Assembly: GCA_051294375.1 (NCBI GenBank)
Contig: CM119265.1
Location: 28,978,540-29,042,539 of the forward strand
Direction: 5' to 3'
Length of the DNA: 64,000 bases
DNA from: Paraspadella gotoi
Taxonomy: Eukaryota; Animalia; Chaetognatha
The translations under genes were made by a program, and so were the position numbers. Shown here piece after piece: positions 36,678-49,906 of the stretch. The notes beneath the pieces are model-generated. The model searched no databases. It had not been told where the DNA came from and worked only from the letters and a program-made list of their open reading frames with translations. The first letter of the stretch is position 1. The number at the start of each line of letters is the position of its first letter.

Positions 36678-39183
36678 AAATCTCATTCGCGCTCAACAAC
36701 TCGCGGGGGAGTTTCAAGAGAATTGGGTCAAACAGAACGAAGGCAAGGGTCGGGGCAAACGAAGCCTCGGCGACGGGGGCGAAGACGAGCCCGACTTTCC
36801 CTTCGACGAGGATGGGTACATGAGCCGCATGCGCGACCCGATGAGATTCATGGACGAGGAGGATCTCATGGACATGCCGCCCATGGTGCGTGAGAGATAC
36901 GCTCGCATGGGGCCGGAGGAAAGGTGAGCTTCGGCAGTTGGGGAAAAAATAATAAAGTAGTATGGGTGGACTTAAACCCACCAACCGTTCATCAAGCGGC
37001 CATTGGTGCCGGAGGCAAGTCATTCGCCTCCCAACCCAAAGGTCCGGGGTTCTAGCCCGGTGGTGATCTGGCAGTTAAGAGGACGGGGCGCTTAACCCGC
37101 CTGTAACATGGGTGTTACGCCTGATCCGAAGCTCAGGGACGCTTATATTGAACGGTTTATCACTTAACTCATAATAATAATTATACTGTCTCTTCATTGG
37201 TGAGGCCCGACTTCCGAACACAACACGCAACAACAACACTTTTCAGGCGACATGCCTCAACCTGGCGATGCACTTTCCGCCCACGAACACAATTCAGGCG
37301 ACATGCCTCAACTTGGGTTGACGCACTTTCCACCAACAACAACAATTCACTGAAGGACGCAACAGACATTCTTCCTAGGCGAGGAGGGGGGGATGTATGG
37401 TGGACTAAAACCCACCAACCGTTCATCAGCGGCCATATTGGTGCCGGAGGCAAGTCATTCGCCTCCCAACCCAAAGGTCGGGGTTCTAGCCCGGTGGTCG
37501 TCTGGCAGTTAAGAGGGACGGGCGCTTAACCCGCCTGTAACATGGTGTTACAGCCTGATCGAAGCTCAGGACTGCTTATTTATGAACGGTTTCTATCACT
37601 AACTCATAATAATAAATTACTGTCTCTTTCAGTAGGGTGGATTAAAATTCAGCAACGTTTGAGCGGTCATTGAGTAGTAATAGGACTAATAGGACTACGC
37701 AATTACACGCTAAATAAATACTTATCCAAAATATACCCACTAAAGAGACCGAAAAATAATAATCATTTAATGAAATAATCATTCATAATAACGCTGTCTC
37801 CAAGCTTTTGATCAGGCTGTTGCACCCCCACAGGCACGGGCAGAAGCTTAGTCCTATTGCTCCAATGACCTTAGATCAGTGACCAATGACCTTAGTCCTA
37901 CTAAGCTTCTTGCCCGGTGCCTGTGGAAGGGTGCTACAGCCTGATCAAAAGCTTGGAGACAGCGTTATTATGAATGATTATTTCATTAAATGATTATTAT
38001 TTTTCGGTCTCTTTAGTGGGTATATTTTGGATATGTATTTATTTAGCGTGTAATTGCCGAATGATAATTACGTATATTATACAATACTTTTAAAAATTAC
38101 AAATATTTGACGACGAAATTGATAAGGAAGTAAAATCATTCTTGAATAAAACGAACTATTCCTATTTAAAAGCTTGCAGGCCCCTGCTATTTTATTATTT
38201 TTTAAAAAGAATTGTAAGCCTTAACTCACCACTGAGCCTGTTCTACCAAGTCTATATAGTTAGCTATTACTTTAAATGAGTTTTTTCTTCAAAAATCTTT
38301 TCAATATTTTTAGTGCCAATATTTTTCACAAGTTTAATAAGTGCGTGCTAAGAAAACGGATGAATAATTTTCTAACACTTTTAATTAAAAGAATTAATCA
38401 AAATTTGTATATTTTGAACGCAACAAGTTTCAGAGTAAGAATTATTTTATTAAGACGATAACAAAAGGCTCAGATGCTAAGTCTATAACAATGGTATTTA
38501 CAAGGTCAAAGTTTGACCATAAAGATAAAGAGAGCAAACGATCGAGGGTAAGGTTAAAACTTAAAAGTAAGGTCAAATGGTTTGGCCGAGGTTGCGCGTT
38601 GTCGTTCTTCCTCTACAATATAAAAGTTTCGTCCATTTTCAAATAAATGACACTTAAATATCGTTTATATAATAATAATGAAATTATCATCAAATTTTCT
38701 AGATACCGAATGAATCTTTGGATGCGAAAGATGCGGATGATGAGACGTCACGGGTTCGAGGGAGATTTGGACGAGGACGAAATGATGGACGGAATGGACG
38801 ACCCACCCGATTGGGCTGGGATGGACGCTTGGGACGGATGGGACGGATGGGGTCCACCCCCTTGGAACGTCACCGACGACGACGCCGCCGTCAACGGAAC
38901 GGATGACGGAGGGACAGAGACGCCAGCTTCGACCACGGCGTCATCTGCCGCCGCCGAAGATTCCACCGTGCCGAGCGCCGTCTCGAGCACGGTGGATTAT
39001 AGCGCCGAAGAATCCGGCACAGTGGAATCACCCACAGTGAAGTCGCCCGCTACGGAGTCCGTCACTTTAGAATCGGACACAATGAGTTCGGCCACTGTGG
39101 ATTCCGTTTCCATGGAAACCATTTCGATGGAACCGACGGTGGAATCGACTTCGACGTCGGTCGAGGGAACAACCGTTCCATAA
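36678..39183 (+). CDS. Met/Asp/Trp-rich protein with RGKR furin-type site and Ser/Thr-rich tail (exons 36678-36923, 38703-39183); start not located
   Basis: Phase-2 join gives ...GKGRGKRSLGDGGEDEPDFPFDEDGYMSRMRDPMRFMDEEDLMDMPPMVRERYARMGPEER|YRMNLWMRKMRMMRR...WAGMDAWDGWDGWGPPPWNVT...; GC-rich, coding-like composition. Confidence 0.7.
36961..37631 (+). mobile_element. Full-length tRNA-containing TRIM (family 1): LTR 36961-37196, PBS 37198-37211, PPT 37381-37393, LTR 37396-37631
   Basis: Direct LTRs; PBS TGGTGAGGCCCGAC; PPT GAGGAGGGGGGGA; GTAG TSD (36957-36960 and 37632-37635); internal region homologous to that of 28579-29256. Confidence 0.88.
37699..38057. repeat. Long near-perfect inverted repeat (~155-bp arms, ~45-bp spacer)
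   Basis: gcaattacacgctaaataaatac...gcagaagcttagt is mirrored by actaagcttc...gtatttatttagcgtgtaattgc. Confidence 0.92.
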
Positions 39184-40223
39184 AAATTACCCCTTGGTGT
39201 ATTAATATTGATTTTTTTTTAAATTTTATTCATTAAATTGCAAATATTTATATTATTTATTAATTATTATTAATGAATGCCATAGACGCGAACCGTTTTT
39301 TTTTTCCTGTTGTTCGTCTCGTGTCTCTTGATTTTATTAATTTATTTCTTTCAATCTGTCTAATTTTCTCTGTGACCCTGTACCGCAATGAGAATTAGCG
39401 TTTCCGACATTCCCCGTGGCCTTAACGCTTTCATACATATACAAGTGAAATTAAAAATATTGCTTTTTTAATTCACCACTAAATTGGAAAGCTTTTATTG
39501 TAACAAAAGTGTATTTCTCATTTTGTTCTCTTTTTTTTTGTAATTTTTTTGTTCTCACTTAAATTTTCTTTTTTCCAACGTCGAGTCTTATTAAAATATT
39601 GGAATTATTTTTTTCCTTTAGATTTTGAGTTAATTAGAAAACATAGGTTACGGTCTAGCAATTAAAAGTTGTTGTTTAGCAAAAGAGAAATACAAGAGAG
39701 AGAGAGAGAGAGAGAGAGAGCATCTTACGTAATATGATCCCCAACGAAAACGGGTTATGTATCCAAAATGAAAAGTAATATCGCTTTTAATTATATTCTT
39801 TCTCGAGAGATTATCAAATTTGACGTTGATAAGCTGTCAGCTGTCAGAGTTAGGAGAACGAATTTTTAAGTTTGAATAACAATTACTTACTGGACAACAA
39901 ATCAGACTTTATGGCTAGAGTCTATGTAGTTAAAGTTCCTTGAGAGGGTGAAAAAGCCCAGACCACCTTGCGGTATACGATAGATGTCACTCAACATGTC
40001 ACTCAAAATGTCACTCTACTAGCCACTCCACAATCTACATGTCACTCCAGACGTGATGCGGTCAACTAATCAAGCGTCTATTTACACCAAAAAAAATTCA
40101 CTTTAGTTAAACTCGATAAAGAATCGCGAGGTTTTTTTTTCATTTCTTAAAAATAAGTTGTTTTTTTTTTATTTATTTTTTTATTTTTTTTTTGCCTCGT
40201 CATTTTTCTTCGTTTTCGACGCG

Positions 40224-41110
40224 ATGACGAAGGTAAAGATTACGAGGAAAAGAACATGTTAGGCATGTCATGAAGATGAGGCATGCCAATCCATGCCATG
40301 CTAAAATAAGTTTCGTTCTCAAATAAAGTACGTAAGGTTTAAATAAATACGCTATTTTCGGTTCCCAACATTAGGTAAGTTTTAAAAAAGAAGGAATTGA
40401 CGTGAGTCTTATAAAGTTTTTTTAACGGGGTAATGTTTGGTTGTTTTGTTTGTTTTGTTTGTTTTGTTTGTTTTGTTTGTTTTGTTTGTTTAAGAATCAA
40501 ATAAAGAAGGAGACCTTGGAAGTTCCCCACGCTGTATATTGTTTTTGCTAGACCATTTTTTAAATTAAATTGTTAAAAAAAAAGTTTTAAAATCTGTTTT
40601 TGATTTAAAAATTCCTTGATATAATTATATAATTTAATATGTAAATATAAATGTAAATGTAAAGAAATGATTCGTAATAAGATTAAAACAATTCATCAGA
40701 TACAAACAACTTTCCTTTCACTCATTCATCCCCTCAACCACTCCGTCTCCATCTCGTAACGACTCCGTCTCCATCTCTCTCCCTCCAAGCATCATCACCA
40801 CCACACTCACCACCCCGACCACTCTTTCCACGCCGCCTTCATCGAGTCCACAGCCACAAGCGACGTCGATGTGGACGACGATGACGACGACGACATGAAA
40901 TGCGATTTGGCGACGGGGAAATGTCAGGCTGGCGGCGCTGCCGCCGCTGGGGGCGGCGGAGGCGGCGGCGGCAAAAGGAGCCAGTCTACGACGCCGGCGA
41001 TCAAGTCGCGCAACTCGGTCCAGACTATTTATAGAACGCCCGTGGATTCCGAAGAGTATCTGTCGGGATGGAAGAGCGCCAATCAGGTTAATGGAATCGC
41101 TATTCGCTAA
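40224..41110 (+). CDS. Putative His/Asp/Gly-rich protein (micro-exon 40224-40232, then exon 40790-41086 or on to stop 41110)
   Basis: MTK|HHHHHTHHPDHSFHAAFIESTATSDVDVDDDDDDDMKCDLATGKCQAGGAAAAGGGGGGGGKRSQS...; phase-0 GT-AG; GC-rich island. Confidence 0.55.
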
Positions 41111-42654
41111 TCATTAATACTTGCAAAGCAACTTTGTGCGACACTTTACGGTCGGTCGGTCCATCTGTCTTTATGTCCGTTAGCTGCTCAAAAGGATCGA
41201 GCATAAATAAAAGGAAAATCCGCGATCTTTACGCACATAAGTTCCCCTTATTTTTTAAACCTTTATAACTCGAGCTAATGCCTAATTGCGGATGAGAAGC
41301 GAAGTAGGCTGGAGACTACTATACGTATCTTCCCTGCCCCATCAGCAGCCATGGAGCGGGTCCTGGGCTTGGAACCAGGCTTGGGGGTTTTCCACGCCCC
41401 ACAGTGATCGAAATGAGGTTTTTTCTCGGAAAAACTATGCCGATAGTGCAATTAGTTGGTTTTTAGTAGGTTGTTATATTGTAAGTAGTTATATTTAAAA
41501 AACTTTATTCGTTACCTTATAAAATGGTAAATATGTTTGTATGATTTTTTAAATTTGGTAAAAGAGAAAATAATTCTATCATGGTTTTCTTAGATCGTTT
41601 CCTGAATTTTTTTAAAGTAAAAACAGTAAGAGACAATCCTAAACACTAAATTTCGTATTGAATTAATCAAATATCTAAATTTGTTTTAGTTTCCATCACA
41701 GCTTTCAAGTTTTAATATTATTTTAAATTTCCTTCCACAAAAATTTTTCATGGCCCTAAAATTAGGCGTCATCATAAAAATAATGCAATAAAGAGGATTA
41801 TGGAATTGATGATAAGAAATATGATATTTAGATATACCTAAATACACCTTAGCAATATAACTTAAGCAAAAATTCGAAATGACGAAACGAGAGGTTGCTT
41901 GGCGCTGTAAGGCGCCCGGGCTTGGCGCGGAATCGTTGCGCGGCGTAGACCGACGTACTCCATGTTTGAGTTTATTATACGTTTGAAAATGTAAACAAAA
42001 CTAAAATTGTCGTCCGTCGTCGTCGTCGTTGTCGTCGTCTTTGTTCGAATCATTTGAGTTCCCAAACTGTCTTCTTTTGTCATTTTTTTCTTTTTATTTT
42101 TTTCCTCAGAGTTATAATTGTCCTAGTTAAGAACTAAGGTTTTTCTTTTTTAAATTAAAAATTTTCTTTAAAAGAATATTGTACAAAAAAAATTAGTTGT
42201 ATTGAATTTTTGTAAAAAAAATTATTTAAAAAATCATTTGGTTATAACTAACCATGCCGGACACGGCGGACAAAAAGTCAAATATGGGAGCTTCCTGATA
42301 TGATGAATCATTAAATTCAGTGGAAATGGCCGTGCTTCCGCGTGCTTCCATATAGACTTTAGGCTAGTATTTGAAAACTTATATACAGTAAAATGCTGTT
42401 CAAGCAATTTATAATTCAGTCCATGCAAACTATCCAGTTATTGACAATGAGTTAAAAAAAAATTAGGTTTTTATCGTTAAATTGTCTACAAATAACAAAA
42501 CAAAGTGAGCTCCAAAAAAAGAAAAGCCTTATATCTCCGATATGAATAATTTTTACAACCCGATATCATAAGACAGTGTTCTTGTGATACACCTGGACGG
42601 ATTAAATGAAAAATTATTAACATATGATGTACCACCCTTTTCCGAGTAAAAAAA

Positions 42655-42880
42655 ATATTTCGATGACTGTGCGCCCCCAAGGCGGTTTACGGCCGTCCGT
42701 ACGCTTCCGCTGAGGAGGCACCGAGTTGGAATTGAACCCGGTATCTACTCAATGAGCCATCGGGTCACGACTGAAGGCGTTATGCTAATAGGCGTGGTGA
42801 ATAGGCTAATAGGCTAATAGGCTAATAGGCTAATAGGCTAATAGCTAAGGCTAATAGGCTAATAGGCTAATACTATAGGC
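42655..42880 (-). mobile_element. tRNA-derived SINE-like element next to a (taataggc)n array
   Basis: Minus strand ...cagtcgtgacccgatg...ccgggttcaattcc (B-box), followed by a GC-rich body. Confidence 0.5.
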
Positions 42881-43027
42881 GTGTGAACTTATGCAATGTC
42901 CGACTACATAATCACGTGATCAAATGCTTTGCAAGTAACTTATAGTAAATCTTGTTTCTTCTTCTTTTTGTCGGCGTATTGGGTTTCTATTGGGTTGTGG
43001 TTAAAACTTAAAAACAGTGAAAAACAG

Positions 43028-43155
43028 TCGTCGGAGATTGTTGGAGATTGTGGTTTAGTGTGGTCAGAGATTGTTGGAGATTGTGGTTGAGTGTGGTCGG
43101 AGATTGTTGGAGATTGTGGTTGAGTGTGGTCGGAGATTGTTGGATATTGTGGTTG
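43028..43155. repeat. 33-bp minisatellite, ~4 copies
   Basis: gtcggagattgttggagattgtggttgagtgtg repeated. Confidence 0.85.
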
Positions 43156-43306
43156 ATAGCTTCTTTTAAAACTTGTTTTCAGTACGGACGAAACGTGAGC
43201 CACACGGACAGATCCGACTTTACAGTAAGTCACTCCTTTTTTTGGCTGATGAATGTAAAATTGAATCTTTTGAGTTTTAAAAGGTTATTAAAACAATTGT
43301 AAGCTT

Positions 43307-43586
43307 TGATTAAAAAGTTCAATTTCATAATGGAGTGCAGTGCAAAAAAGTAATTTATTAATTTCCATATATTTCGACATCAGTTTCTATGTCATCTTCA
43401 GTGGAAGAAAAAGAATTAACAAACAAAACTTTTACAAAGTAAGAAATAGAGAAATAAAGAGAGAGAGACACAATAACAATGAAAAGGCTAAAGACTAAAT
43501 GACCTTTAAGTGACCACTTAATATATGGAAAATTTATAATTTCATTTTTTGCACTGCACTCCATTATGAAATTGAACTTTTAATCA
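43307..43586. mobile_element. MITE-like element with ~43-bp terminal inverted repeats
   Basis: tgattaaaaagttcaatttcataatggagtgcagtgcaaaaaa versus ttttttgcactgcactccattatgaaattgaacttttaatca. Confidence 0.75.
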
Positions 43587-44432
43587 TTATACTAACTGTG
43601 CATGAGATGACGTTAAAAGAATTGTAATCTTTTTATTAGGTCTTTCATTGTTTTTTAGTATTTAACTGTATGACTTTAATCAACAGCGATATCAACACAA
43701 TCCACTGTTATCAATCATTACAGGACTATCTTCCCAATCAAAGAGCATTTTAATCAACATTCACAGCATTATTCTCACCTCACAACTCACAACCCACCTT
43801 AAGAAGAAAGGTCATTCACCATAACAATGCGTAATCATTGATGTATTAAAGCTAATACATCGAGAAATACATCATGGTCATCAGTGATCACCAAAAAAAT
43901 AAGTTTTTATTTATATGTAAACATTCTGTTTTCAATCATTTTTTTAAAATCGGTAAATAACAAAATTGACAAGTTTAATGGGTAAGCACATTTTTTAAAG
44001 ATTTGTTTGTTTGGTTTGGTTGTTAAAAAATTCTAGGTAAGAAGTTAAAACACGGTAAGGGATAATTTAGAAGGGGAGAATTAAACAATTAATCTTGTTA
44101 CTCTGTTGGTTTTCCAGTCATGAACAAAATTTTCAGTTAAATAGATGGTAAAGAAATTCGAACTACAATGAATCTACACTGAATTTGAAGAGTTGCAGCC
44201 TAAACGACTGCAATAATACTGATTTAAAAATTTGATTAGCAATCTTAAAAACATTTGTAAAAATGTAATAGAGAGACATTTTGATAAACGTGTTCCAATT
44301 AGGAAGAATTCAAGGTTAAAGTTTAAAAACGTTTCATTTACAAGGATACAAGTTGAAATTTAAAAATGTCTCTCGTATTACATTTTTCTAATTCAGTAAT
44401 AAAAAATTCATAAAAAATATCAGATGGCTAGT

Positions 44433-45025
44433 AGGCGTAGTGAAAGTTACATACGAAAATTCTAAAAGTCAATTATGAACAACATACCATCAGTGAACAT
44501 TAATTTGTAAAAAAAATTAATTTTATTGTTTTTTAATTTTCGCAATAGGCTATATTTATATATAGTACTATCCTTATAAACTGAAAGATTTCAAAATAGG
44601 CTTTTCTTAATTTTGATTGCAGATCTGAATTCCTCGTCAAAAGTTGATAAAAGAAAATATAATTCATTTTTAAAAATTCTTTCATTATAGTAGGATAAAA
44701 TAAAAAAAACTATATTTAATATATAAAAAAATAATTTTCAGCTTAAAATATAGCTTTTTCTAATTTTGACCCACGTCATGAAGGAATTTTTCAAAAAGAG
44801 TTATATTTCTTTATATCAACTTTTATGACGAAAAAAAATCTTAGAAAAAACTGTTTTGAAATTTTAACTTTATTGGTTTAGTACTAGTATAAATATGGCC
44901 TACTGCGTAAATTGTAAAATTTATTATAAATTTTTTTTATACATAAATGTTCATAAGTATAATGTTGTTCGTTCCTCACTTTTAGAATTTTAATTAAAGT
45001 TAAACTTAGGAATTTTACTACGCCT
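44433..45025. mobile_element. AT-rich non-autonomous DNA transposon (Kolobok-like termini); inverted homolog at ~28116-29353 hosts the TRIM
   Basis: aggcgtagtgaaa ... ttttactacgcct|taa; the body is the reverse complement of 28116-28575 plus 29260-29353. Confidence 0.6.
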
Positions 45026-45555
45026 TAATGGCTAGGCTTTTCGTTTGACTTGCAACTCTTCTGATAGGTTTCTTTTTATTTTATATTATGATTAAAACCG
45101 ACCTAAAATGGCGTAGAATGCATCAAATATTTAAAGTGAATACATTTTCGGAATCGCCAGGAGCTTAGCTCTCTCCATTTTGGCCTATTTTGAAGTTGAT
45201 TTGAATGACCCTTTTTCTCAATCTCTTATCTTCAAGGAATTCTCAACTGCCTCACCTTTGAACCGATTCCTCTCTTGGCCAACGATTACAAAGTCTCATT
45301 TCTCATCGGCGGTGGAGTCGTCTTTTTGCTCACTGCTCTCTCTTTCCAGAAACCAAAAGAGGCTTGCAAACTCTGTGAAAAATGTCAGTTTCGACCAAAT
45401 GCAAACAAGTCTTGTTATTGACAAAACAGTTTTCATATGCTCTTCATTAAAATTTTTAACTCAAAAAAGTCTTAAACTCTAGATGACAGCATCTAGAGAC
45501 ATCTGACTTTCAGTTCATCGTCTTACTCATTTAGAAATCAGCGAAACGTTTTCTC

Positions 45556-46150
45556 TTTTTAGTCGGGTCTGCTTTCAGCAGAACCCGACTCTATAATTCA
45601 CTTTGTCGGTCCGTTGGTCCGCCCCCTCAATCTTGTCGGGCATTCACTTATATCATGTCAGAACATCGAATTATGATAAATTATGCAAAAATACGATGTC
45701 CCATCCGTCCGTCTGTTTGTCCGTCCGTCGTCCGTCCGTCCGTCCGTCCGTCCCCACAATTACTCGTGATTGGATGGATGGATTGGAAAGAAATTTTGTG
45801 TGTGATTGAGCTGGATATAGATGTTTCGATGGAATCGTCCGAGTGGAAATGAGTTTAAATGGAAAAAACAAAAAACATATATTTCACTATTTGAATACCA
45901 ATTACTCATGAGTGGATGGGGCGATTGACTTGAAATTTTGTATTTGGGTAGAAAAGTGTGTGATTAAACTGGAAATAAAGTTTCGATGGAATCGTTTGAG
46001 TGGAAATGAGTTTAAAGATGTATTAATTAATCAAATAATTAATCAGTTAATTAATCAATTAATTATTCAATACTTTATTTATTTCATTATTAATTAATTA
46101 ATTAATTACCGATAATGATCGTTGGCAGATTTGTTTACTCAAACTTGTTA
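45556..46150 (+). mobile_element. Helentron/HINE-like element
   Basis: ttttagtcgggtctgctttcagcagaacccgactctataa hairpin end, (GTCC)n tract, other end tgtttactcaaacttgtt. Confidence 0.7.
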
Positions 46151-48939
46151 ATATGTAGTTAGAACTCGCGCGTCAGAAATCTTAAAGAGAAGTGAAAAAT
46201 TTTATTCTGATAAATTTTGCCTTTTAATGCTGACGTTTATGACTATATCTCGGAAACTATCGTTTGAATTTTAAAAGGGTATTTTGAGAATGAATATATT
46301 GACATCATCCTCCAGTAGCGCGCGAGTATAAATACAAGAAAAGATATAGGACATTCTTTTGTGCCCTCCTAATTTTTTGAAACACATGTAAAACTATTCC
46401 TTGAGATCAAAAAATTAAAAATTCGCTTTGCCAATTTTCCCGTTCTATCGATTTTTTTGCATCTTATCGCATTATAAAATTATAATGCGATAAGATGCAA
46501 AAAAATCGGAAAAAATCGAAAATTCAAAGATAAAATAAAAGTGGTTAGTATTATTAATTTTAGTAAAATATTGCTAAATAGAAGTATTTAAAACTGTTTT
46601 CAACTATATAAATGTAAAAAAACTTGTATTAAATTATGTTTAAATATTATTAAAAAACTGTATTTTTTGGAAAAATTTCGAAAAATAGGAAATATGATTA
46701 ATCAGATAGTTTTAATCAATTATATATGAATTAAGGAGATATATAACTGTTTTCATTTGTAAAAAGTTACTTTATCTTTTAATATAAAGTTTTGCATTTT
46801 TTTAACCACAAAATAAAAAGCAAAATAATAAACTAAGACGATCAGGAAACTAATGAATTTACGGATCTGTGCATTAGTCAAATGGTATTTAAAACTTTTA
46901 ATGTTCATTAAATAAAATAAATCTAATAAGAAATTAAATTTTCATTGAGTGAACAAATTTGGCCATTAAAGGAGTGGATGAATGTTTGCCACTTTATCAG
47001 GTCATGAATGTGTAGGCACAGCTGTACAAAAAGTATCGCACAAAGCATGGTTGGCTTACACAGAGATCTTGGATGGGGAAATTAGGGAAGCTGGTGAAGA
47101 CAGTTTGGGCAATGAATTCTTTACTGCTTTCTTTTTATGCACAATATTGGTTGCCGGGACAGGGCTTAAGACATAACTGCAGACCACCAGAGCGCAACAA
47201 TTAGTAACAATTAATGTGACTATATTGTCGGGGATGCCATTCAAAAGTACGCAAGTTGGGTCGAGGATCGAGTCCAGGGTTTAGGTGTTCGTTCACGCTT
47301 TTTCTCTTTGTACGATCTCTTGCGTGATCGTGCGTTTTTCGAGAGGGGCGAATCGAGAGAAAAAGTCACGTCGCCGATCGAAGAACGGGTTTTCAAACGT
47401 AAAGCTGATCTGACAAATCTCGGAGCCGTAATACCGAAGAAATAAATCCGCGGAAATCACGTAAATCAAGGAATTTTATTATATAAAAGGCGAAAATTAA
47501 ATGACGGTTTTGAATGAGAAAATATTATCAGATTTTGCTCTTTCGAAAAACGTGTTTAGTATAAAAAACGATTATGAACCTTTCATGAAAATGTTAACGT
47601 TGACCCGGGGAAAAGAGATGTGATTGTACAGGGTCAGTTTAAATTGAGGGAGGAAAAAGAGAGGTTCTTTTTTACCTTTTCCTTCACCGTTTTCGCCGCT
47701 TACGATATAAATTCCCCTTTTCCACCATTTACTTCATTTTTACTGACCAGTAGTTTTAGTCAGCCTTACCCAACCTTAGTTAGAAAATATTCATGCTTGA
47801 GTTGCCTCACTTTCTTACTGACTTTAAAAATGGCGACGATCGAAGTTTCAAAAGTTGTTTGTTTATGAAAAAAAAACGGGTGATGAGTTAAAAGCGTTCA
47901 ATTTGTTTGTAAGCAAATAAGGATAAAACGTAAAAATATGGTTAATCCTTCATTTAATTTTAGGCAGTGATTTCTATCGAAGAATTCAGCAAAAAAAAAA
48001 CACTTTATTCAATATTTCGAGAATATTACCAACAAAATTGATTAAATTTGAACTCTAAGGCAAAGTGGGCTGGTCTACGGATTAATTGAAATATGCAGCT
48101 GTATTTTTTAATCAAGAATCAATATCATATTTGCTACTTTTAATAAAAAAAATTATGTTCATTTTTGTCCATTTTGACTTTTGTCTTGAGATTTGAACGC
48201 CAAGATGGTTGGAGAGCCAGCTGCAGACTCAAAAGGCAGCAGCAGAAGCAGCAGGATAAAAGAAAGAAAAAGAAAGAGCCCCTGCAGAGCCAGCTGCAGA
48301 CTCGTTTTTTTCCGATGAATAAGCACGGGGAAAAGAGAGAGAGAGAGCTACATATAATTAAAGGAGAAAAGAGAGAGAGAAAGAGACATGAAAATAAAAT
48401 AGAGGATATTTGTTTGTTTTGATAAAACATAAACAAAACATATTTGATAACTCTCCTGACCCAATTTTAAGGACATCGATGATGAGAAGCTGTATTTAAA
48501 TTTTCAGCTTCATACACCCAAATTTAATCATAAAAAAGGCGATCTATAATTTGGAACGACTACGACGACGACGACGACGCCACTTAAGTGCAAAACCACA
48601 TAAAAATAAATTAATATTAGCTCTCATATGAGGTATCTTGGTAGAGGTATACTTTTTCTTTACACATTCATTGCCATAGGCCCTTAGTTTAATGACTAAA
48701 ATTAAATAAAATTTACAGTCACTTAAAAACTCATTTATTCAAAATAAATTGAACATTTTAAACAATAAATGAATAAACATTTTCATCGGCAGCTGGATGA
48801 TAAATGGATCCAAAAATAAATGTTTTTATTCGCTGTTTTCTAAAGTATAATGTAATTTATATAATCTATATAATTTCTAATTTACAATTTCCGATTTATA
48901 TTGATAATTTATATAATTTATTTAATCTATAATACTTTA

Positions 48940-49692
48940 CAGGGTTCGGATTCAAAAATTATAATTTTATTTAGATGGAAAGATAATTTTAAATCTTTTT
49001 TATAAAATTATCGTAAAAGACTTAAAATATAAGCTTAATATTTATTCGCCTCACCACAAATATTATTAAGATAGGGCAAAATCATCTTATCATGTTGTTA
49101 GCTATCACTTTACCAAACATTATCGTAATATCGCAAAGCTTGGGCTAATGACAAGAGATAATATAAAAATAGGTCATTTTAATCTTATTATGGTTAAAAA
49201 ACTAGTGCCAAAGCCAATTGATATGAACCTCAGTACCATATAATATGAAACTTAACCGTCCTCATGATTGTAACCCATTCTCAAAAAATGATATACTGCC
49301 TAATACTGTTATGCTGTAGATTAGTAACCATAAGAATCTTTAATCTCATCCTGTTCAGCTCTCAGTCTTTTTTATAGCTCAATGTAAGGCGCCTTGAAGC
49401 AGACTGCCCACAGGCACATGTCCTCCTAAACAAAGTTTCGAAGCTTTCCAATAAACCATAGTTAAGTTGTGAACAAAAACTTTGTAAAAACATTTTCACA
49501 AAGATATACACAACTTGCCCCCAACTGGAGAGGACGTAAAAGCTCGGAATGCGTGGTTCGTCGAGACAAAGACTTATCTATGTTTGTTTCATATTTGATA
49601 TAAATTTCATTGATATTCTTCTAACGGTTTAGGAGATATGCCTAAATTTGAGAAGATAATACAATCATGATAAGTTTTGATTCCGAACCCTG
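48940..49692. mobile_element. Tc1/mariner-type MITE
   Basis: TA|cagggttcggattcaaaa ... ttttgattccgaaccctg|TA. Confidence 0.8.
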
Positions 49693-49846
49693 TAAATATG
49701 TCAAAGAAGAACTTGGTCGAGCGGAGATCCAGATAAAAGAGGCGAAATTCCTCAATCTTTGTTTCCCATTGATTTCACTCGATTTATGATGATGACGAGC
49801 AGGACGAGCGAGAGAAACGATAGAGACAAAAACACAACCGATGATC

Positions 49847-49899
<53 letters not shown>

Positions 49900-49906
49900 G
49901 GGATCT

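Noticed and set aside
45160-45420. Possible membrane-protein (tetraspanin-like) exon
   Set aside because: Needs a frameshift and has no supporting neighbouring exons; too weak to call.
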